This document shows, piece after piece, positions 54,101 through 64,000 of a stretch of DNA of 64,000 nt. Source of the stretch: Trichoplax sp. H2 (Eukaryota); assembly GCA_003344405.1 (NCBI GenBank), contig NOWV01000272.1:1-64000 (forward strand), written 5' to 3'. A program made the position numbers and the translations under genes. The notes beneath the pieces are model-generated. The model was given only the letters and a program-made list of their open reading frames with translations. It was not told the origin of the DNA and did not search any database. The first letter of the stretch is position 1. Each line of letters starts with the position of its first letter.

Positions 54101-55172
54101 GTGATGATATTGTACGTTCATTGCTATGAGGGAATATTAAAGTGACTAAAGAGACGAGCTGTATAAAGGATAATTGATTCATTATCAAGTGCTTGTAACG
54201 GATTCAATTAGCGCAGTTATTACACCTATACGAGAATCAAAAAGGCGATGATGGATTATGTAGGCCAGATATTATCCACGTAATTGTATTAGATTCTATC
54301 TGCAGGATTCTGTTTGCAGTCAATCTGTTTTTGGTACTATTTCCATAAGTTGAGGCCCAAAGCTAGTACTGATATTATCCATGTAGCCGTATTAGATTCC
54401 ATCTACAGGATTCTGTTTGTAGTCAATATGTTTTTGGTACGGTAGTATTTCCGTAAGTTGAGGCTCCAAGCTAGTGCTGATATTATCCATGTAGTCGTAT
54501 TAGATTCTATCTACAGGATTCTGTTTGCAGTCAATATGTTTTTGGTACTATTTCCATAAGTTGAGGCTAAAAGCTAGTACTGCTTTGCCTCGACACTGGT
54601 ACGGCGGCACATTGTCCATGCAAAGTGTTCTATGAACTATTGAGATATACTATACCACAGTATTCAACATCAAAAGTAACTTTGTTCGTGCTACTTCAGG
54701 AAATGGATAGGAAAGCTAGTACTGCTTGGCCTCTGCAATCGTGGAGGATACTGCACACTGTGCAGTGTCCATTCAAAGTGTTATCCATTATTCGATACCA
54801 AAGGAGTATAGGAGCTCGCTATCCAACGCATGACGAAGAGGAGGAGATTGGTAGGGCCTATTGCAAGCCTTCTTACAGGCTAAATTTAATGACCACCTGT
54901 ACTACAGAAAGGTTGCAATACAGACAGTCTATCATGGTAATCGTAGACTTGTTAAAGTTCATCAATACTGCAGTCCCAGTTATACTCTTCAAGTATATTG
55001 AGTTTCAACTATCAGTATAGTAGCCAACATAGAAACTATTCGATGATGTAGGTATCGACGCAACAATCCAATGACAAGAAGGAATATTGCATCAGCTTGT
55101 CAGTAACAACGACATTACCTCAATTTGTTTGATAATTTTCAATTCTAACTCGCTTGGCTCAGCTTCTGCCAT
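51161..55172 (-). CDS. SSB: La autoantigen (La motif, RRM1, RRM2), multi-exon
   Basis: MAEAEPSELELKIIKQIE|FYFGDHNLPRDRFLQEKIVENNG-WIPLSVLMTFNRLK, RRM1 GFPPETSL and FK|GSIFVEF, RRM2 VDFSRNDTE|GYIRF, and a C-terminal NLS-like EPAAKQEKTE*. Confidence 0.94.
54269..54581. repeat. Three-copy tandem repeat of about 102-107 bp in La intron 1
   Basis: GATATTATCCAYGTA...TATTAGATTCYATCTRCAGGATTCTGTTTG...TAAGTTGAGGC...AAGCTAGTRCT occurs three times. Confidence 0.93.
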
Positions 55173-55716
55173 GATGATTGATAGTGGTTGATATTGGCTT
55201 GTATGGATTGCAAGTGTGATAGTCTATCGGATTCACTGATGATCGTAACTGAATGCGATTTTGATCAGTAGCAATGGCGTTTTCCCTCTAGTAACAAGGT
55301 TAAAATGAAGATCGGAGTGACAGTTTCGATCGACTCCGACTATCCCCCACATGGTCCATTGACTGACGGATCGAATTTTACTGGCGCACTTGCGTAGTGA
55401 AGGTTCGACCGACCGTATCAGACGGACTGTAGACGGACTTTGGATTGGGAAGGGTCGTGAAATCCGAACTACAGTATGCCATTGTACAATGTGCAGTGTT
55501 TCGGTCAAAAAACTGCTTTGACAGATAGTGTTTGAGTATGTATTTATAGACGGACAGTCAACATTTTGTTCATTCAAGGCAAGAACCAACATGGCAGCTC
55601 ATTCAGGTTAAGTTAATTTTGGATAACAAGGGTGGGCAGGTCTATTTTTGAGTGTATGCTTGCAGACATACGGTATAATGATTGAAATGACCAGTAAGTC
55701 CGCTTCTCACTTTGAA

Positions 55717-56190
55717 AATGACCATTTCCGGTCGTCTCTTTTACTCCTGCTACGGTCGGTAATCAGCTAAGGAGGTCAAGATTAACAGACCAGACAGACA
55801 GGCCCACATGAAATTCTTGACCATAGACTGTCCTAGTTCGATCAGGAACTTCTAAAACTAATACTATTAGTGTTAGAGAAATCTCTGACACTATACAGAT
55901 TTACTCAGTGTCGACTCAGTGTATAATAGCAGTCTTGAACTAGCCAGAGACTGTAGAAAAAAAGGGAGTGGAAAAAACGATTGGATTATGGATTTGAATA
56001 CTCTTGTTTTCATTGCAAGCTATTGTACTGTAGTGCATCTATGCACTGTTTCTACTTTCTTATCGTTCTCTCTGTCTTCTCATGCTGTCCTTCATGTCTT
56101 ACTGTAGATATCTTTATTTTCTTATTTACTCTGAGTCCTGTAGTAGGGACTACGACACTTCATAAAAGAGAAAGACCGGAAATGGTCATT
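55717..56190. repeat. Inverted-repeat pair of about 28 bp bounding about 470 bp (possible MITE)
   Basis: AATGACCATTTCCGGTCGTCTCTTTTA (55717-55743) matches the reverse complement of 56163-56190, AATGACCATTTCCGGTCTTTCTCTTTTA. Confidence 0.6.
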
Positions 56191-56686
56191 GACTGTAGTA
56201 AAAATGCGCAGATCGACTGTTGACAAGTCCGTTCAAGTGTATCGTCGATCTGCAATGGTGCACTATACTATCCACGCTAGCCATCCAAATGTGAATGTAT
56301 CGCTTCTTGCTCGCTCGATTTTGTACTGTAGTCTTCTTTGCCATTCGAGTGGTATGTGCTACTCCAGTCAATATACAATTGACTGGAAGTAAAAGGGGAA
56401 TAAGGAAAGCTTTATTCCTAGTTAGCTAGGGGGAAAAGAAAGAAAGAAATGCGAGAGGCTGCTTGAACTCTGGACTTGAGCAGCCATTACCTGCCTCACT
56501 GCCACTGGTCATTTTCTTTACAGTGTACAGTACTGTAGAAATCAACCCAGGAAATGGGACAGGTAGTACAGTATAGCGTACCATACAGATAGACGACAAG
56601 AGTGAAATGACCCACCCGCAAAAATCGTCGACCTCTTCCCGTTCGACTCCTCGATTGGACTACTGTACAGTCCGTACTCTACCGTG

Positions 56687-57110
56687 TGCATGCACCATTG
56701 CACACCATGGCATGGACATGCGCAAAGCTCTCTCGGCTTCTTGGGATTCAACGGGACCCACTGACGGACGCTTTAGCTCAATATTCCTTTGGATCTCCAT
56801 GATCAATGGGAGATGGTGCATGCGTAGACCATGGCATGGACATGCGCACAGCTTCCTTGGCTTCTTGGGATTCAACGGGATCTCCATGCTCAATGGGAGA
56901 TGGTGCGCATGCACCACGACATGGACATGCGCAAAGCTCCCTTGGCTTCTTGGGATTCAACGGGATCCGCTGACGGACGCTTCAGCCCAATATTCCTTTG
57001 GATCTCTATGATCGATGGGAGATGGTGCGCATGCACCATTGCACACCATGACATGGACATGCGCACAGCTCCCTTGGCTTCTTGGGATTCAACGGGATCC
57101 TGGATCTCCA
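56687..57110. repeat. GC-enriched compound tandem repeat (4 core copies, alternating long and short units) just 5' of the ING start exon
   Basis: The core CATGGACATGCGCAMAGCT...GGCTTCTTGGGATTCAACGGGA occurs four times. The block CTGACGGACGCTT.AGC.CAATATTCCTTTGGATCTC follows only copies 1 and 3. Confidence 0.9.
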
Positions 57111-57188
57111 TTATCGATTTTGCTGTGGTGTTGAAATTGGCTGGCCAGCTCCTGTTGCAAGTGCTGGTGGCGATCATGGTTCAGTAGT

Positions 57189-60100
57189 ATGTGTGCTGCA
57201 ATTTATGTCGACAACTATTTAGAAGGTATGTCAACTTGTTGGTATCAATAATGAAGCAGATAGAACCCGTTGGAATGGCAAGAATTGCCATTTTGTATGC
57301 TACCTCTCCAACCCTAGACTGTATTGTCGCATAGATTATCATGTCAAACGGCGGCGGGTCTACGGTCTATTTCCATACCCAAATCTCAGTAATCGCGCAA
57401 ATACTTGGCGTCTATGGATACCTTCCATACTCTCCTTCGTCTACAAGTCCTTGTCGATGCCTATTTTTTTTTCCCCTCAATGCAATATCACCTAATTGTA
57501 GAGATATTCTTAACCCTTGATTGGATCAAGTTGTCCTTTTCTACTCCTTGTACAGGTATCCAAAGGCAAGGTAGTGGACGCTCGAGTCAGTACCGTCGTA
57601 GCCATGAAATGATAGTAGTTTAGGACATCAGTCAACAACAAAGTCCTCTACCTCATGTCAACTTCTTCTATACTATTCTCTTCTTAGGCCAAGGGTATAG
57701 TAACTTGTTCTTTTCTTCCAAGATGGCCCATTCAATCCGATTAGTCCTTCATTTGCTTGTAAAAAAGGAGGGAATTTATGTTACTTTACGGGGGGAGGCT
57801 AGTAAGATGGAAGAGACTGTTGTATGGCGATTTTGTTGATGGTAGTCGTATACCTAGTGTGAATCTTCTTCTCCGACAAGATTCCCATGCAAGCCCAGTA
57901 GAAGCTTGTTATTTTGCTCCAATATGGCCATTCAATCCAATCAATCCTGCATTTTCTTCTCAAAGAGGAGTGGATTCATCATTCTTTACGTGTCGTAAAA
58001 TTGACAATTCCATGATAGTCCTCCACCTAGTGGCAACCTTCTTCGACAATATTCTCATCTTGGTCCAATATTGGAACTTGTTACAATGGGGCTATTCAAA
58101 GAGTTCATTTCCTTGTAAAAGTAGCAGTAATTCATGTTTCTTTACTCTACACGTAGTAAAGTGCAATTGAATTGTTATGCTATGGCCTTATAGATGGTGC
58201 ATCTTGTCTATTTTACTTCTTTTTCTCTCTCTTCCGCTTTGCTTGTATTAACTGTAAAAAAACAACAACAAAAAGATTGCAATAGACGATCAGTCGCTTA
58301 CACAAGTAAGGAGGGAAAGGTGTTACTGATGTATGCCTGTACTAGCTTGGCCTTCATTTCTACCAATTAAAATGATTATTGGTGATAGAGACTGATGAAA
58401 ATTAACACAAATTTTATTACACTTGAAAATGAGTGTGTTAAATATTCTTTACCAATGCATTTCCTGCTTTGCCAGCTGACTTTGTTGTTTCAATTGTCTT
58501 TTTTTCTAGCCATCGAGAATCTTCCCGACGAGGTACAGCGTAATATATCTCGACTTCGTGATATCGATAGCCGATTTCAGAGTAAGTACCTTTTAGATTC
58601 AATTTTTGGTATAAGCTGCCTTACAGTAGAAGATAAAAGCGGCATGAAAATATGTACTACAGTAATTCACTGCCACTGCAGACAGGATTATTTTAGGCTT
58701 TCCATAGTGCCATTGCATTGATATCAACGTTATTCCTAATTTGAATGTAAAATAGGAAACAATGATCTTGTATTAATGGCCGTCATTTAAATTAGTTTGG
58801 TAATGTTTTGGTACTTAAAAGGCTGCAAAAAGTATTTCACTACTGTAATTGGAAATAATGTAACTAATTTATGTGATCCATCGTAGCAATCAATTCCTTC
58901 TTTTTGACATGATCCAAGAAGTGTACTTTACGTTTACACCTGAACCCCGACGCACCCAATTTATCCAACAGTGCCAAAATTGCAAATAGTCAGGCATAGC
59001 TACAACTATTTGTAGGACTAATCGTTAACTTAGTACCCCCTACGAGTCTATTCCTGTATTTCTTAGCGAGTTACCTAATGCTGTCATAAAGTATGTTTGA
59101 AAATATCGTATGAAAATATTCAATACATAAACTGTAGGGAAGCCTAACTACACTATTCAGATTCACTCACTCAAAAAATTAACCCATCATTTTACAGGTG
59201 TTTTAAACAACCTACAACGTTTGAATGAGAATTTCTTACTTGAAAATGACAAAAATCGACGACGAAAATACTTTCTACGGATGCAACGTTGCTTGATTGA
59301 AACTCAAGAATTTGGAGATGAGAAATTAGAAAATATATCACAAATGGTTGACCTGGTGAGATATTCGTTACTGTATCGCTAATTTATTTGACATATATTA
59401 TATAGCCAATAATTTATTCTTCATGACTAAAGATTTTATAATTCTCATTAAGAGCTAAATCGACCAACATGCGTTCTATGTTTTATTGAAATGTTATGTT
59501 AAAGTTATTGTGAAATTTAATTGATTATTTTGCTTTATAATCTATGCCAACTATAGGTTGAAAATCGTAATCGACAATTAGAATTAGATGTAGAAAATGT
59601 TGAAGCTTCCAGTGAAGATGCTGGTTCTCCCCTTAATGATGGCTCTCCTGGGGAATTCCACGGTAGTTATGAAATCATTGTCAAAAATTGCAAATTTTCA
59701 ACTGTTGAAAGTCTTGTTTGCATGGATAGTTATTGTCAAGACGGATGAACTCACTACGATACCCAATTTCATTTTAAGCTTATGATGTGACTTTTAATTC
59801 CAGATCAGCTTGTTATAGCTACACCAAATGAAAGCGTCAGCAAACATCCGGGAAAACGTACGTCAGACATTATACTCCTAATTATGCTACGTTAATGTTA
59901 TGAAGTTTTGATCCTGTTCTTAAACATAGACATGTATAATATTTTATGATATAGGTCATCGTCGTACTAGAAGTAGCCAAGAAAATTCTGGCAACGCGAA
60001 TACAGCTAATGCTTCTAGTGAAACTTCTAACGAAAAACCACCCAAGAAAAAACCACGGACTAGAAAGTAAGCATTTGATATCAACTTCAAGGCACCCTCT

Positions 60101-61120
60101 CACGATATGCCGAGACTATACAGTGCTTAGTCGTGATAGCGTTAAACGAACAATAGATAAGTCTACCACATAATTTTACATATAGTGACTGTACATTAAT
60201 ATCAAGGGCAACTGTAACAAATTAATTGCTCATAGCATGCCAAACTGCTAACGGACATGCTATACCAACAAAATTTAAATAACTTTCGTAGCTTGGGTTA
60301 CTATTGACATAATGAAAAGTCTTTCGAGTAGTCTGTAATATTTTTTATTGGGCTGTCGATATTACGATTAAATCATTAGTTTGCTCTTAATGGTTGATCT
60401 CAAAGTTCGCAATTAAAGTTTATCTTGTTTTCGTAGAACGAAACCAAGTTCCCCTGTTTCTGAAGACCTGCCAATTGATCCCGATGAACCAACATATTGT
60501 CTATGTGGCCAGGTAAATGGATAGATGTTACCTATATTACCCATAGTTAGATTAATTTTTGTGATCAGCAGTTGAAGTCTAACCAAGTAGTAATAGGCTG
60601 GTAGTAACTGAAATAATACTGACAGTATAAAAACCTATTTAGCAAAATGGTAATTTTACAGATGAAAGATAGGAGTCTATTCAACTACGATCTTTGTAAT
60701 ATATGAATTTGTTGATATGTCCGTACTTTGTACAAGTCATAACCTTTGGGTTGTTTATTGCATTTGGATAGGTTTCTTTCGGCGAAATGATTGGCTGCGA
60801 TAACGACGACGTAAGTCTTAATTATAGACCGTGTACACGTTATTTTGTCATACTTTGTTTTTTTTCACTAAATATTAAAACTGTGTACTTTTGTTGCAGT
60901 GTCCAATTGAATGGTTTCATTTTCAGTGCGTTGGTCTAAATAGTAAACCGAAGGGAAAATGGTACTGCTTGATATAGAATTCTGCGCTTACGTGTATTCA
61001 TTGCTAGGTTGTAGTAATTAGCTTTTCTTTCTTTTTACCTTCAATGTGATTATTTTTCGTTACAGGTATTGCCCTAAGTGTAAAGATTCTCATGAACGTA
61101 AGCGTGGCTCTAACAGATAA
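57189..61120 (+). CDS. ING: Inhibitor of growth protein, ING1/2 class (PHD finger)
   Basis: [69 protein letters not shown], and the [54 protein letters not shown]. Confidence 0.95.
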
Positions 61121-62228
61121 ACTGTTCAAGCTTATATTATTCTGAAGTTTACGTATATCCGGTATTTCTAAATGATTCGAGTAAAACTACCTATGACAGC
61201 AAAATGTATGTATTAGTAAAGTCCGATCGTACTTTACATTTAAACTATCCAGGGACGTATACACATATTAATCATACTGTCTCACATAACGTCAATATAG
61301 TTGTATGTTTCAATGCATGCAACTCGATCCTTTGGCTATTTTACAAGTTATTGTCCTCCTGTTAAATCTTTGCTTGTATTAGCAATTGGATTCTCCGCTC
61401 CTCAGTAGATTGTATTTGTGACTAGTTGGTTATACGATCCTTGACATTGTCGTACATATGATCCACACTTCCAAGTTATGTACTGTACTGTAAAACTTTC
61501 AACTTTGCTGTATAGCTTGAAAATAATATCGCAATTCAACAGTTATAATATTTATGTAATTGATTTTTATGTTGAAACAATGTGTAATAGTTACGTCTTC
61601 CATTGTATTTCCATAGCACTAATTCTTAGCTTTCGTAACAATTAATAAAGCCTTCAAACCCAAACAACGCCGTCTTGCTTCGATAAGTACATCATCAATT
61701 TGCTAAATTCTATACTTCTGCATTACTTATATACAAACATTTATTTAACGCCAAAATATACTCGCAAGGATATTCAGTTCTAAGTCAGTCACTACTGTAC
61801 TGGGTTGAATACGAAGAGTACATCGTAAAGTGGTAAATATTGCTATTGTACTTGTTTCTCAATTTCACAATAATCATGCAGTATCATACTGCACAGAACG
61901 TAATGCATTGAGCTATAATTACCGCTACGGTTTACTTTAACTATACAAAAAAGTTACCATATCCAGTCGAAGTATGGTCAATCTCTTATTTAATCTTATG
62001 TAGTGTAAGGTGCAACAAGCTCACTACACAAGTAACTTACGAATGGATCAGTTAAAATTCTGTCATCAACATACAAACTGCAAACTTGAATATGCAGAGA
62101 TACATTAGTTTTTAGTATTTCCATTACCTACGAGTATACTTAGGCTCAAGACTTTAATAGAGTTAGAGAGGTATTTACATACAACAAAAGGGTTTGTGAT
62201 AAAGGACATCAACATCATGGGTTCATTT

Positions 62229-63750
62229 TTAGTCGTCTGATTTAAAAGCACCGACGCCGATTAATAAATTTTGCCTAGTAAAGTGTACAGCACATACGGG
62301 TGTTTGCTTGGTCATGTAAGAATCAATCAAATAATTTTCAGGTTCAGACCTAAATAAACAATCATACGATGTATACATGAGAAAAAATTGTTTAATTAAG
62401 GTAATGCAGCTTACTTATTATCATCGACGATACAGTTTATTATTAAATTCTTTTACATACTTTGGCTTGTCTTCATTAATTTCTATATTAACCATCTCTT
62501 CGTGCTTGCTAATAATTTTCTTAAGATTCCAAAGTCTAATAGAGTAATCTTCTCCGCCTGTGTCATCAATGATTATATTATATTAGACAAAAGTCTTTTC
62601 TGTGAGCCGTAATTGCAATAAAATGAATACCTGATGCAAGGATATTGCCGTCCCTGTTAAGAACGACAGAATAAATAGCTCCAAAATGACCATTCAGATG
62701 ATTTACAACAGTTCCACTTCGCAAATCCCAAATAAATATAAATTTATCGAATCCGCCAGAAATCATGTAACGACCATCGATTGAGAACGTGAGACAGTTG
62801 ACCGTGGCCTATATTAATAGATCAATAGATTACAAATGACAGATCTTTCTTTACTTTTGGACCGATTAAAGACTAATGGTCATAGTTGTCATACCTTATG
62901 GCCCGTAAACAATCTTACACATTTCCCAGTAGGGATATCCCAAAGTCTACAAGAGCGATCACTCGAGCCAGTCGCGATATAATTACAGTTTGGATGAAAT
63001 TGGACACACTAATACAACCGAAATTAATCACGAACATATTAAAGCAATGTTAGTCCTTTCGATAAATTATTAACCAGTAAATAGATTAATTTGATTTACA
63101 TCGACATCGGATAAGTGTCCAACAAATACGCGCAAAGGCTGTATACTGTCGGTAGTCCATAGGCGGGCCGTTCGGTCATGAGATCCAGAAACGAAATAAT
63201 AGCCGCGTGGACTGCACAAATTCAATTGCGAAGCATTACTACCTTGTCGACACATAAATTTAAGCACAATAACGTTGGATATGTTAAAATTCGATCAAGA
63301 ATAATACCTGAATTTTACATCCCAAACAGGATAACTGTGCCCTTTAAAGCAGACGATGCATGTGAATGTGTGTAAGCTCCAAAGACGAACTATAAAAGAG
63401 GAACATTCGTTGACATTTTTTACAACCATACTAAAAGCTGTATAAATAATTTATGAACGTATTTACTTGTTCCATCTTCAGAAGCTGAAAGTAAGAAAGT
63501 CCCTTCAGGATTTATGCTAACTGCATACACTGGGCCACTATGGCCGATAAACTTGCGTGTGTCCGTAGCAGCTTTATCATCCATTATTCTTTCCATAACA
63601 TCTTCTGCTTCCTTGTTGACTGATGCTAGATCTGCAGCTGATTTTACCGGCCTAAGTTTCTTACGACTAATGCTTCTGATTTGAACCGAACAATCCTCAT
63701 ATGCAAGACAGAGGCGAGTAGAATCTTCGGAAAGTGTTGCACAAGTGAGA
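62229..63750 (-). CDS. TAF5: TFIID subunit 5, WD40 C-terminal part; 5' end lies beyond the window
   Basis: [85 protein letters not shown] and C-terminal [25 protein letters not shown]. Confidence 0.95.
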
Positions 63751-64000
63751 CTATATTTAAGAAAGAATTTACAGTCAAGTCAATGGAAAGCACTTTTATA
63801 AGGTGTTATCCTCTAGAAAGTTACCCCTTCGAGGCTCTAAAGACAGTAAAAAAGCATATTGAAGGCGATTTCAAATGGGTTCTGTCTAGCATTTCCTTTA
63901 CCGCTCCTTCACGTGAAGTGATATCAGATTCTTTCCTAATCAAAAGGTAAACATACGCTGCTTGAGCAAAGCTGTAGTAATAATTAAGAACTAATATAGA

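Noticed and set aside
56542..57187. Overlapping ORFs, and a possible hammerhead ribozyme suggested by CTGACG
   Set aside because: The ORFs are by-products of a GC-rich tandem repeat. The motif is CUGACGG rather than CUGANGA, and there is no properly placed GAAA or stem set.

Overview
AT-rich eukaryotic genomic DNA with compact genes and many short GT-AG introns. Gene content, intron size and TACTG/CAGTA satellites suggest an early-branching animal, probably a placozoan (inference). I reconstructed twelve genes by hand, in strictly alternating orientation: the 3' end of a gustatory-receptor-like (GRL/7TMIC) gene (+), SEC61B (-), ERP44 (+), STX17 (-), an intronless mu-crystallin/CRYM (+), a prostanoid-receptor-like GPCR (-), TOP2 (+), a large type-I membrane protein with D8C and beta-helix modules (-), a FAM78-like gene (+), La/SSB (-), ING1/2 (+) and the 3' part of TAF5 (-). 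The main observations are the GRL exons hidden from the ORF track, an 8-bp duplication that frameshifts the Sec61-beta membrane anchor, a SEC61B-ERP44-STX17 cluster that is also linked on human chromosome 9, the mosaic D8C/beta-helix surface protein, and a candidate U12 intron. Each divergent promoter region also carries its own tandem or palindromic repeat. I found no tRNA, rRNA, CRISPR array or transposase. Family assignments come from remembered motifs, not database searches.
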